A stretch of DNA of 63,449 nucleotides, the filler included. It is 8 parts of 8 records of this genome, joined end to end, with 100 filler letters (N's around TTAATTAATTAA, not from the genome) between each part and the next. Parts side by side here need not be neighbours in the genome. Positions count along the whole stretch, not along the records: positions 24,802 to 34,152 come from SRR7504441_5469; positions 34,253 to 38,917 come from SRR7504441_5472; positions 39,018 to 49,425 come from SRR7504441_5473; 5 more parts are not named here. The stretch is one strand, 5' to 3'. Shown piece after piece: positions 34,111 through 45,333 of the stretch. Every line of letters starts with the position of its first letter. Positions within the stretch are counted from its first letter, which is position 1. Position numbers and translations under genes: made by a program. Below the pieces are notes generated by a model, which was given only the letters and a program-made list of their open reading frames with translations, ran no database searches and was not told where the DNA came from.

Positions 34111-34411
34111 ATTCTTGCAATCATTATTATATAAAAACGAACGGTGGTTTTANNNNNNNNNNNNNNNNNNNNNNNNNNNNNNNNNNNNNNNNNNNNTTAA
34201 TTAATTAANNNNNNNNNNNNNNNNNNNNNNNNNNNNNNNNNNNNNNNNNNNNCCACCTCATGGCAGGATGCCAGAGCCCATGGATCGCATGCTCAGATCG
34301 ATTCCAGCACTACGACAGCCTAAGGCAGACTGCTAGTAGCAATCTTGCTCGAGAATAATATGTACGCTTTTGGTCAACAACATTCGTTATTGAATTGCAC
34401 TGAGCGGCGGG

Positions 34412-35839
34412 CTACGAGCTTATGCATAGCGCAGGCGTCGTCCCACCTCCAACGTGTCCTTCGCAGTGCTTGCACTCCTGCTTACTCTTCTTCTTGCCTA
34501 CCGTCGTCCACGAGCTTCTTGTCAGCGTCACATTGCTGACCGTCAGATTTTGAATCGCAGACTCGCTCAGCCCGTCGCAGAGAACGATTGGCAGTGAGCC
34601 CTTCTTTCCTTCGCCAGTCGCCTCGAGCTCCATGTTTCGCACTGTGATGTCGCGAACTATTGGTGTCGCCGTCGCGTTTGTCTCCTTGGCTTTCTTGTAG
34701 ACTAGGTTGATCTGGATCGCCTGCTGGACCACGCCGCTCATGCCCTCGTATAGCACTCGCTCCACGCCGCCCCCTCGACCGCGCATACTCTTGATCCTAA
34801 CCAGAGCCTCAATCGGTCCTGCAGCGCCCCCCAGTGTCGAATCACGAACGACGACGTCGCGCACCCAGCCGGATGTCTCGCTGCCAATTGCGACGCCGTG
34901 GCCGGCGAGGAACTGGTTGCGCTCGATCAGGACGTTCTCCGTGCTAATGTTCACCAGCCGACCGGACCAATCCTTTCCAGCCTTCAGCGCGACGCAGTCG
35001 TCGCGTGTGCTGATGGTGTTGTTAGCTATGTAGACATTCCAGCAGCTGTCGGGATCCACACCGTCGGTCCCAGGCTTAGTCTGCAACACAGTGTTGCCAT
35101 CGATCCTGACGTTGTTCGAAAACGCCGGGTGAACCGTCCAGAACCCCGATCGAACCAGCTGGAGATCGCGGATCGTCAGACCGTCCACCCACAGCAGCCC
35201 AAGGAGAGTCGGGCGCTGGGTGGCATCGCTACCATCAGGGCATTTAGGCGTGCACTGATCCGCCCACTGATCGCCGTCGCCGTCGATCGTACCGCCACCG
35301 CTCAGCACTACGTTCTCCAACTGAGACCACCGAGCACAGTCGTCCCACCCGACGCTGGGTTGCTTCATCTCCAGGCAGCGCCCGGCGTTCAGCAGCGACG
35401 CGTGGGCCTCCATCATCGTACACCCTGCGCGTGTGTACGTCAACGGATATGCGCTCCAGCGCTGGCTGCCAATCAGTGTCGCCCCACGCTCAATTCGGAA
35501 CGTCAGGTTGGACCGCAGCCACAGCGAGCCGGCACGAAAACTACCCGGCGCTGGCAGCAGCACCGTCCCGCCGGCTCCCGGCAGGTCACCGCATGCGTCG
35601 ATGGCTGCTTGGATGCTCTGTGTATCGTCAGTCAGGTTGTCTCCCAGCGCACCGTACAGCGTAACGTTGCAGAGCTTGCCCTCGCGCCAGGCGTCCGGCG
35701 AGACCCCGCGCACGGCCCCGGGCACCGGCTGGGTCATGTGGACGGCATCGAACGGAGAGAGCGGATGGGAAGTTGGCAGCAGCAGCAGCGCCACCACAGC
35801 CAGCGCCGGCGCCAACAGCCGCCGGACGGCCGTACGCAT
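34412..35839 (-). CDS. secreted polygalacturonase-family glycoside hydrolase (GH28)
   Basis: Signal peptide; DDTQSIQAAID, GGGTIDGDG, and the catalytic motifs TDGVDPDS, DDCVALKAG, GHGVAIGSE, RIKS. Confidence 0.92.
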   Translation of the reverse strand: MRTAVRRLLAPALAVVALLLLPTSHPLSPFDAVHMTQPVPGAVRGVSPDAWREGKLCNVTLYGALGDNLTDDTQSIQAAIDACGDLPGAGGTVLLPAPGSFRAGSLWLRSNLTFRIERGATLIGSQRWSAYPLTYTRAGCTMMEAHASLLNAGRCLEMKQPSVGWDDCARWSQLENVVLSGGGTIDGDGDQWADQCTPKCPDGSDATQRPTLLGLLWVDGLTIRDLQLVRSGFWTVHPAFSNNVRIDGNTVLQTKPGTDGVDPDSCWNVYIANNTISTRDDCVALKAGKDWSGRLVNISTENVLIERNQFLAGHGVAIGSETSGWVRDVVVRDSTLGGAAGPIEALVRIKSMRGRGGGVERVLYEGMSGVVQQAIQINLVYKKAKETNATATPIVRDITVRNMELEATGEGKKGSLPIVLCDGLSESAIQNLTVSNVTLTRSSWTTVGKKKSKQECKHCEGHVGGGTTPALCISS

Positions 35840-35899
35840 CGAGCTGCTGCTGGCTGCCGTGGCGCACTGCAGCAGCTGGGCTGCCGGTGTTCTCCGCAG

Positions 35900-35907
35900 T
35901 GCCGTTA
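35900..35907 (+). promoter_or_regulatory. Myb-like promoter element TGCCGTTA
   Basis: Between divergent ATGs 35839 and 35919. Confidence 0.55.
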
Positions 35908-35918
35908 TAATGTTGAAA

Positions 35919-36965
35919 ATGGCCCTGCCGGCGACTCTGCTGCTCGCGGCCTGCTGCGCGCCCGCGCTGGCGACTGCCGGGCCTGCTGCGCACCCACATT
36001 GCCAACCGCTCGGCCTGCACGGCACCACCGCTGCCCCGGGTGCCTGCATGCCGGTCGCTGGGCTCGGGTGCGGGGACGCTGCCGACTACGATGAGCCTGA
36101 CTGCGGCTTCTTCTGCACCCTGGCCAAGAGCTGGTTCCGACTGGGTGGGCGGCGGACCGACAGCTCCGACTCGTACGGCAACGAGCGAGGGCTCGGGCTG
36201 GCGCTCCGGGCCAGCGGGCTCCAGCGGGAAGATGTGTGGATCACCTCCAAGATCGGGCCGCCGCACTGGAATTTCCCGCTCGGGTTCAACTCGACTCTGC
36301 GGCAGTTGGATGGGATCCTGAGGAACTACTCGACCGAGTACGTCGATCTCCTGCTGGTGCACCAACCTCGGCCGTTCGCGCCTCCGCTGGAAGGATGGCC
36401 GTCTAGTGACCCCGAGTGCACCCTGGCCGACCGCGCGTACAACGAGAGCGCATGCCGGCTGATCACCTGGCGGGCCATGCTCCAGATCTGGCGGAGCGGC
36501 AAGGCCCGCGCAGTGGGTGTGTCTAACTGGGACGTTGAGCAACTGCAGGAGCTTGTGGCTGCGGGGCTGCCGCTGCCTGCAGTCAACCAGGTGAATCAGA
36601 ACATGCGGAACCAGCAGGAGCAGCTGCTGGCCTACGCGCAGGCCAACGGCATCCGGATCCAGGCCTATGGCAGCTTCGGCGGGAGCTCGACGGGTGGTTC
36701 TCTGCTCAAGAACCCGGTGGTTCAGGCGGTGGCTGAGGCGCACAATGCGAGCACTGCAAGGATCGTGCTCAACTGGCAGTGGCGGCGGGGCATCACGAGC
36801 AATCCTGGATTCGCGCCCTGCCCGGTCGGTTCGCAGCCGTGCCACGTTGGCCCGCAGCCGCCCGATTCTTACTTGGAAGAGAACTTGGATTTCGTCGACG
36901 GGATCGACCTGACTGAGGCCGAGATGCGCAAACTGAATAACATCTCGGCCGGGCTGCTTGTATAG
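35919..36965 (+). CDS. aldo-keto reductase with N-terminal signal peptide
   Basis: MALPATLLLAACCAPALA, MPVAGLG, tetrad D/Y (RTDSSDSYGNE), K (ITSKI), H (LLLVHQP), and RAVGVSNW, PAVNQV. Confidence 0.88.
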   Translation: MALPATLLLAACCAPALATAGPAAHPHCQPLGLHGTTAAPGACMPVAGLGCGDAADYDEPDCGFFCTLAKSWFRLGGRRTDSSDSYGNERGLGLALRASGLQREDVWITSKIGPPHWNFPLGFNSTLRQLDGILRNYSTEYVDLLLVHQPRPFAPPLEGWPSSDPECTLADRAYNESACRLITWRAMLQIWRSGKARAVGVSNWDVEQLQELVAAGLPLPAVNQVNQNMRNQQEQLLAYAQANGIRIQAYGSFGGSSTGGSLLKNPVVQAVAEAHNASTARIVLNWQWRRGITSNPGFAPCPVGSQPCHVGPQPPDSYLEENLDFVDGIDLTEAEMRKLNNISAGLLV

Positions 36966-37122
36966 TAAAGTCGTGCAATGCTCGCTCGCCTGAAATGCCG
37001 CAAGCTCGTTGCGTCTAATACTAGTCTAATACGCAGCTAACGGTAGACTACAGCTGTACCTGTACCCTCACTAAAAACGCCTGAGTGCTGCCGTTGTCGC
37101 CCGGAGCTTGAGGTGCAGGGTC

Positions 37123-38605
37123 ATGGGCTGGGGCGGCTGGGAGGAAGGCTACACGGCCTGGTCTCGGCGGATCGAGGCGCTCGAGGCCCGATGCAACGCG
37201 GCCGGGGATTCGGGCCCCGGGCTGGCCCCGGGGCTGGAGGCTGGACTGGCTGAACTGCACGAGCTGCTTCTGGGGCCGCACGGCCAGCCGATCAGTTCGC
37301 AGGCGCTGGTATTCGGACTGCTCGGGCTGCTCGGGCTGGTGCTCTTGCTCTGGCTGCGGCTGCACTGCCAGCTCCGGGCGCTCCGAAGGCATTTCGACTT
37401 TCAACTCATGACGCTCAACGCCCGCCCGACGGCCGACGGCAAGGGGCTCCCGCCGCTGCTCTCGCAGCTGCACCACAAGGTGCTCAACGGACTTCAGGAG
37501 GAGATCCAGCGGCTCGAGTCCAGCCGAACCCAGCAGCTGGGCCAGCTCGCGGCCCGCCTGGACGCACTAGAGACCGCGGGCGGCCAGGCGCCGAGCGAGG
37601 CTCCGGCGGTGAAGGAGCATCTGGAAGCCCTCCAGGCGTCCCAGATGGCGCTCCAACGGCGGATTGGGAGCGACGAGGAGCAGCGGGTGCGCAGTCAGGA
37701 GCTGAACGCCAAGGTGGGCAAGGAGATCGGCCTGCTGCAGCGGAAGCTTGCGGCTTGTGAAAGCGTGTTGCTCTCGCTTGCATCGCACTTGGAGCAAACC
37801 GACGAGGGCGCGGCCGACACGCTCAAGCAGCAGGCGCTGGGCGGCGGCGGATGGGCCGCTCAGTCGGTGGGCAGATGCAAGGCTACCTTGCCAAGATGAT
37901 TCATATGCACGTGCTTCCCGCTTCGAGCGTGCCTGAACTGCAGGTGACCCACGCCAGCCCTGAGCCGACCTAGAATCGACCGGTGGGCAGGCGCGGCTGG
38001 ACGTACTCGAGGACAGTCTGGCAGCACAAGGGCGGCCGGTCAAGGCACGCGGCGAGGCTGACACCCCGGGATTGGACACATTGAGTGAGGCGGAGGCGGA
38101 GCGGCGGCGAGGCCGGCTGCTCAAAGTGTTTAATGAGTTTGATCTGGACGGCTCCGGGACGATCGGGAGTGAGGAGCTGCTCGAGCTCGGGAGGGCGCGC
38201 CGGCGGCTCGGGCAGGCAGGGGTTAGCGGGGCTTGGACGGTGGAGCAGAGCAAAAGGATGCTCCGTCGGATGGACACAGGCGGGGCCGGCACTGTGGGAG
38301 CGCTACAGTTTGTAGACTATTTCCACCGGACGCTCCCGATCGGTCAGAGCGATTTTGACCTGGAAGTTGACCAGTTTATGCAAGCGGCCGAGGCCTGCAA
38401 AGCCGGCCCAGGCCAGTTGTGCACTCCGGAGAGGAGGGGTGTCCCGAGCTCGCCTTGGAGCGCGGAGCGGGAGGTGCGGGACCAGGTGCTGGTGCCGATA
38501 TACCACACAATACAGGGGATGCAGCGCGAGATGGAACAGCTCAAGCGGAGAACCGAAGCCGAGATCAAGGAGGTCAAACGGGTGGTAGACGAGCTCGCGA
38601 TCTGA
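37123..38605 (+). CDS. transmembrane coiled-coil protein with C-terminal EF-hand pair
   Basis: TM segment ALVFGLLGLLGLVLLLWL, coiled coil, introns (GC-AG at 37834-37874), then VFNEFDLDGSGTIGSEEL and MDTGGAGTVGALQF. Confidence 0.7.
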
Positions 38606-39291
38606 GACAAATCCGGGCGTCCGGGCATCGATCATGCCACTTGTGCGGGTTTTATAGTGCATGCGCCGTCGATTCCAGAAACAGTTCCCTTGTTGTCATA
38701 CATCCAGCCTTGCCCATCCAGACACTTGTCCTGTGTGCTGTTTACGCACCGATCCTATTAATTAAAACAATTACGGACATATAGCCTGCGAAGCCTGTCA
38801 TTGCTGCTTCGGTCTAGGTGATTTCTGACATTCGAGCCTGATAATTGCTGTCCTCGAAGATATCATCGCCATCCAAGTATTTATAGTACACAGACAGTTT
38901 CTAGGTATCATAGGGTCNNNNNNNNNNNNNNNNNNNNNNNNNNNNNNNNNNNNNNNNNNNNTTAATTAATTAANNNNNNNNNNNNNNNNNNNNNNNNNNN
39001 NNNNNNNNNNNNNNNNNCAAAAATTCAAATCCGGAGATTTGCGCTATAAGCCTGGGTAAGGCAGGCGGCCACCAGCCTCTGGTCAGCCTCGCACACATTT
39101 GCAGCAGGTCATCGTCCGGCGTGTACCGGCATGCCCCAGTCGGGCCCCTCGTCGGGGGGGTAGGGGGAGTCGCTCCTCCACGTGTGTCCTCCCGCGCTCC
39201 CTACGCTGAATACGCGCTTGAGGCGTCCCTGGCCAGGCAAGAAAGACATGATGAGTCGAAGTCGTTGAGGGCAACATTTTCTGCTGGGCGC

Positions 39292-42200
39292 ATGGTGCGC
39301 GGCACAGCTGTGGTACCGGAAGAGGGCATTCAGGCGGATGACACATTCGAGGTTAGCACTCTTCTGCAGGCTGCTGCATCACTGGCGCTGCAGGACGTGG
39401 ACATCAACCCTGCTGGAGACGACGATGTCACTCCATTGCTGGAGAACGATCGGAGCGAACCAGCCCTGCGATTGATTATGCTCGAGGACACCGCTGTCCC
39501 GACCTTGAGGTCACCTCAGCGCGTACAGCACAGGGTGTGATGGACGGGCAGGGACACTTGCCGCGATAATGCCGCTGTGATCTGCCTGGCCGGTACGCTG
39601 TTCGTCGCCTTCTTTGTGGTGGTGCTCGCGTTCGCAATCACGCCGTCAGCGTGCGCGCTGCCTAAACTGGGCAGCAGCAGCTGAGTGTGGGTGGGCTGGC
39701 AGCCACGAGGCGTCCCTGGGACGCGCCGCGGCACTGCATGACCGTCAGGCCCCTGCAGAGCAGCTGCTGCCCCAGCACAAACAGCCCATCCCGCACGCGT
39801 CCACCCCCCCACCCGGTGCCTTGCGCCACGTCCTGATTTGACACATGTCATGCAGTGGTTGCTCCTGAGCGGCTTAAACCTCGACTGGTGGATCATCCCA
39901 GTGAGCCTGTACACGCTTTGAACCCAACACCTGCGCCTGCGAGGCTGCCAGCATGGCGCACCGCCCCAGTCGCCAGCAGCAGCGAGTACCAGTACGTGCA
40001 CTCTGACCCCGCCAAGCTTCAAGTGCGGACACCGTCACGAAGCAAGCAAAAGGTGAGTCAGGACGGCATGGCTGGGCGCTGATTGCTGGCCAGGTAATGA
40101 AGATCCAGCTTCAGAATGGGATTGCTGTTCGGATCGTGTCTGATCCTGGGTTGCGGCAGAGCGCAGCTGCGGTACTTGATTTCGTGATTGACTTATCTGT
40201 GACTGTGCATGGCAGCTTTCTGTGGAGGCAGGCAGCTGGCAAGATCCTGAAGACGCACTGGGCCTAGCACACTTTGTGGAGCACATGCTGTTCATGGGCA
40301 CACGGACACACCCCATTCCAGGTCAGACGCTACCTCGAGACATTCAGCTCTCATGACCTGAATGCAGATGCGTTTGATCAATTTCTTGCCTCGGCTGGTG
40401 CCCCAATGTCAAATGCCCAGACTGGGGCACAGAAGACAACCTATGCCTTTGCATCGCCACATGCCCACTTTCTGCAGGCACGCCCTTGGTCGTGCTTTGC
40501 AGCACTGATCGGTGGGTGTAGGGCCTTGGCTATTTCTCAGAATTTTTTGTTGAGCCCCTTTTCTTGTCAGCCTCGGCTGACAAGGAGCGCCATGCGGTGC
40601 AGATACACCCGAGTTCCGATTGATCAGCATTGTAGGTGAATCAAGAATTTGAAATGCACAAAGACCAAGATGTATATAGGATGTACTTTGTGCAGAAGTT
40701 CCTGGCAGCCAAGGTAGTGTCCAGACTGCTGATGGGAGTGCTTGAGACTGCTTGTGTGTTGATAGGACCATCCATTCCACCGATTCTCAATAGGAAATCT
40801 AAAAACTCTCGCTCATGTGAATCAGACAGTCCTATCAAAATGGTTCAACGCCTCATACAGTGCTAATTTGATGCATATTGCTGTGTATACTTCCCTGAAG
40901 TGTGAGGCCGTACGCGATGAGATTGTGGCCAGTTTCAAACACATCAAGAATCGCAAGTTCAAAAGGCCTCAGGTTGAGCGCTCCATGCTTTCTTCTGCAA
41001 CACAGGGCAAAATCGTCCATCTCAAGACCCTTCGGGAACTACGTACCCTTACCTTGCAGTGGGAGCTGCCTGCCATGTTTGCCCATGCTCGGATGCTGAG
41101 ACCAGACCGTCTGGTAGCTGCCATGATTGGCGATGAGGGCCCGGGAAGCTTGCTTGCTTTACTTCGGCAAAAGCATTTGGGTACTGCCCTAAGTGCGGGA
41201 ATGGGCGGAGAGGGCCGTGACAACCCAATGTTCGACATTCAGATCGAGCTGACTATCGAAGGTGTTCAGCAGTGGCGCCAGGTTGTCAGATGGGTCTTTC
41301 AAGAGATTGCACGGATCAAGAATTCTGGTGTGCCCCAATATGTTTTCGACCAGCTTCGTCAGGAAGATATCAATCGATATCAATACAAGTGGAGGGCTCC
41401 ATCCGTGTTTGATGCTGCAATGAATACAGCTTCAGAGATGGTTGAAGAGAAGCTGCAGACCTTCCCACGCATCTCACAAGTCATACAGAAATATGATCCA
41501 CAGGCATGCAAAGCGCTTGTGGAATTCCTGGTACCAGAGCGCGTGCACATTTTCTCGATGGGTGGCATTCCAGCGCCAGTTCATTGGGGGTCCGATGTGG
41601 AGCCGTGGTATCAGGCTAAGTTTGCTATAAAGAAGATTCCTTCCACAGCACTACTAGACTGGCAGGCCGTGAGTTCAAACGAGTTGCTTCCATTGCCGCT
41701 TCATAATCAGCATATACCAGGTTTGGACAAAGCCACTACTCTTCAGCCAGGCTTGGTCAATTCTCATGCACCAAGATTCCCGTCTTTGCCACGCTTTGAG
41801 AGACTTTTGAACAGCAGTTTTGGCGAACTGTACTATCTCAAGGACGAGAACTTTGGCGATCCTTGGATATCAGTGATGCTTCGCTTGAGAACACGCCGTG
41901 GGCTGGTGGATAAGCTAGGAGCACATGCCGTGGTGCTGACTAGTCTTGCCTTACGCTGCATGGCTGAATCATTCAGAACTTCAGCATATCCATATCAGCA
42001 AGCAGGTTTGGAGTGGTTTGCAGAGCGCAGCCATGGTACTGACATTTGGCTCGGTGTGTCCGGGAAAAATCCAATTCAAGTAGAATGGAAAGGTCTTCTT
42101 ACGATGGTACTGAATCCGTTTAGCCTACGAGACGGTAGCTTTACTCTCAAGGCGGTATTTGAGGCGCAGCGGCAGTGGCTTCACACATACTACAAAAATA

Positions 42201-43528
42201 AGCTGAAGAAGGGGGCTAGCGCTCTAGCAGCTGATCAATTATGGAACATAATGTCGTCAGAACAGCTTCAGGTAAGTGCTTTGATGATGGCTGCCAAGAG
42301 CGTGACGTTTGAAGAACTAAAAGGGTTCCTTCCACAGCTGCTTGCAGAGATCTCTTGCGAAGTATTCGTACACGGCCAGGTGACCTAATGCTCAAGCTCT
42401 CTTGACCGATTATGCATTGTCAGATAGAGAAGGCAGATGCAGAGGCCGCATGGAACTTAGTGAAAAAGTCATTGTGGGATGAGACAAATGCAGCGGAAGC
42501 ACCAGAGCCCCTACATAGAGATGACTTCTATCACCCACTGGTTTGAAAAATAACAGGCTGCTTAAGGACATATGTGCAGGTGCGTGTCCTTCCGGACAAA
42601 CCAGGCCCCTTGCTGCTGCCCGTCAAGGGTGCCAGTCGGAATAAAGCTGCTGTTCTCCTTATCGATGGGGGTCACCACAGCTGTGCAGACCAGCAAGCAA
42701 TTGAGCTGCTCTATCCAGTATGTGATTTTATTGTTGATTAGTGACTATTCATTCAGGTGATTAGCACCGCTTTTTTTGCAGAGCTACGCACACACCAGCA
42801 GCTCGGGTAAGTTCAGGTTATTTCTCTTCGCGCTGATTGCAACTTGCAGATATATTGTGAGCACTACAGTGACGAATGTTCTTGGTAGAACATTGGTGCT
42901 CTTTGTGGTGGAGTCATCATTCAATGATCCAGCAGATATAGTTTCGCGCACCGAAGCATTTATCAAGAATAGCCTTACCAAGCTGAGAGCAGGAACGCTC
43001 TTCACGGACGAGGACATGCAACAGGTAAACACTAAGCGCTGCTTTCTCATGAGTCCTCTGTGGGAAGGCTGTGGCTGCGAAAGAAGCAGAATGTCGCAAG
43101 CCAATTCAAGACATTTCAGCAATGAATCATCTGCTGCGAAGGGTCATGATTGACTTTGATGGAGACTTTGACGTGATGTCACAGCGCTGTGCCTTGCTAA
43201 AAGAATTTAGTCGGTCCAAGGCAATCGCCGACATCCAAATGATGACTAACATGGGAATGCAGGCTGTTGCGGTGGCCGAGAAAGTTTTATCAGCTAAGAA
43301 TCCCCACCGGCTCGCAGTGTTGTATACTCCCGAGACAGCAGTCAAGTATAAGCACAAGCTCGATTTTGTAGCTGGGTGATTATACACCCTATGAGTGCTA
43401 CTAAGTCATTCTGATGCAGGTATTCCATGATGAAGAAAGAGCAAGATTCCGCAATAGGCCGGAGCTACATGAATTCGTACGGAAAATTTGTCAAGAGGCC
43501 ACGATTCAGTTGTGCTGCACCGACTTAG
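39292..43528 (+). CDS. membrane-anchored M16A (insulysin/pitrilysin-like) metalloprotease, many introns; start uncertain
   Basis: LQNGIAVRIVSDP...LSVEAGSWQDP..ALGLAHFVEHMLFMG (HxxEH), KERHAVNQEF, HPFHRFSIGN, YSANLM, FFAELRTHQQLGY; N-terminal TM segment. Confidence 0.88.
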
Positions 43529-43823
43529 AAGGAATTAGTTCCGGCCCTGCATGTCATTGACTTCCGTCATGAAATCTTGGTACATGTACCGTAGTTTAGT
43601 GAGTACTCGTAGAGTCGAGATCGTTTGTGTACACTCGCGATCGACAACGTCAACGCATGTAGAGATGATTGAATTCGGATCAATCCGGGTCAATTCAGAG
43701 AATTTGATATGACGGACACCCGCGTGCATAATAGTACGAATAATCAAGTACCGATATTTACATGTATTGATAATTGATCATTATTGTTGCAAGCACAGTT
43801 CTGGATCAGTAAGCAGGACAGGA

Positions 43824-44558
43824 TCAGTCGACTTCGTCAGGGTAGACTGGATGTGGTAACGGCACCACCGATTTTTTATCCACGTCTCGACTCAAGGCTT
43901 TGCGCATATCTGCACACAAGGACTCAGCCCGGACTGCAATCGGACACCAGATTGCTCACCATATGCGTCTTCTTCTCCTGAGTAGTATCCGTAGATATGC
44001 CTGTAAATTGAATATCCCAGCTTTTTATACATGTTGATGGCAACGCTGTTGCTCAAGCGGACGAAAAGGTCCACAAAATACCCAGCCATTCTGCTCGGGT
44101 ATGTCAGTCGGCCCCGGCACACCCGCCGACCTGTCAGACTTCTGCTCCAAATCGTCCATGAAATGCTGCGCAATCCCCAGCCGTCGGTACGCTGGGTCTA
44201 CGGTTACCGCCTGCAAAACACAGCGCTAGGGCCTGGCCTTACCGCCCGCTCTCACCGTGACATGCCCGTGCCAATTCTCGCCGCTACCTTCCGCCTTGCC
44301 CAAGACTGCAGCCGTGAAATTAGACCAGCCGGCTGGCCGGGCGGGCGGTACAGTATCCCATAATGTCCCCGTTGGCCGACTCGGCCATCATGCACAGCTC
44401 GGGCCAGCGGCCGAGGTACTGGAAGTAGAAAGGGATGTTGTACTGCCCCCAATCCGCAGGCTCGAGGGCAGTGGTCGCACCGTCTCGGTGAGATCATCCA
44501 GGTTGACGTTGTTGAACCGGAACAGGTCGTCCGTGGTGAACCGTCTGATCGTGGTCAT
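43824..44558 (-). CDS. NAA20: N-alpha-acetyltransferase 20 (NatB catalytic subunit)
   Basis: MTTIRRFTTDDLFRFNNVNLDDLTET|YNIPFY...GKAEG..ENWHGHVT|AVTV...FVDLFVRLSN...YYSGEEDAY|DMRKALSRD; 5 short introns. Confidence 0.95.
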
Positions 44559-44593
44559 CGCGTGGAGCGCGCGCGGGGACGGCAAACGCAGAC

Positions 44594-44601
44594 GGCCGTT
44601 A
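44594..44601 (+). promoter_or_regulatory. Myb-like promoter element GGCCGTTA
   Basis: Within the 56-bp gap between ATGs 44558 and 44615. Confidence 0.55.
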
Positions 44602-44614
44602 TTCTCTCCAGCAA

Positions 44615-45172
44615 ATGTCGACCGGGTACGGCTCCTACTACGGCAACGGCAGCTACGGCGGGTGAGCCTGCAGCGGGACCGCCCGCGGCTCAGTCTGCTT
44701 GCCTGCAGCGCCAGCCTCCTCGGCTACTCCACCAATATGCCGATCGAGTCGATGCGTGGCTACTACGCCGCATCAGCCGGCACCAGCGCCGCCTCGCAGC
44801 CGCCATCGATGAACCCGACCCCGGCGCCCTTCCACGAGAGCTCGCTGGTTGTAAGTCGGCCCCAGCCCACCCAGCTCATTCGGCCTGCAGGTTCGCCCCG
44901 ACGGCACCCGTGGCCTATTCCAGCCCTACCACGGTTTCGGTGGCGCGTACGCCGACCCGGGGAGCTACGGCCGGCACGGCGCGGGCTACCCGTACACCGC
45001 GGCGGGACACGCCGCGGCTCGTGGCGGCTACCGCGGGCCGGCCGTCCCGCCGCCCTACCCACACGGCGCGCACCTGCACCCGGAGCCGCTGAGCACGCCG
45101 CCGACAGACCCTAGCTACGGAGCCGTGTATGGCCAAGTGCGGCCTTTCAAGGGCCTCTCGGCACGGCGGTAG
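44615..45172 (+). CDS. small Gly/Tyr/Pro-rich low-complexity protein, 2 introns
   Basis: Spliced MSTGYGSYYGNGSYGG|ASLLGY...LV|VRPDGTRGLFQPYHGFGGAY...KGLSARR*; donors GTGAGC and GTAAGT. Confidence 0.65.
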
Positions 45173-45333
45173 GAAATCAGTGCAGCGTCACCGCACGGTG
45201 ACCACAATTAGTTGAAACCGATTCGATTGAATCTTAATTTACATTAATTGTAATCATTGTACGGTATGAGTGGTCCAATGGCTTTGGATGGACAAGTGCA
45301 CGCAATTGCTGTTTAATAGCGCAGTCGGACGCG

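Noticed and set aside
35433-36049. Apparent long antisense overlap of the GH28 and AKR ORFs
   Set aside because: ORF extensions caused by high GC content; the signal-peptide ATGs at 35839 and 35919 give non-overlapping divergent genes
39018-39060. TTCAAATCC as a tRNA T-loop or B-box
   Set aside because: No GTTC core and no cloverleaf; no tRNA (including tRNA-Sec) or rRNA was recognised in the window
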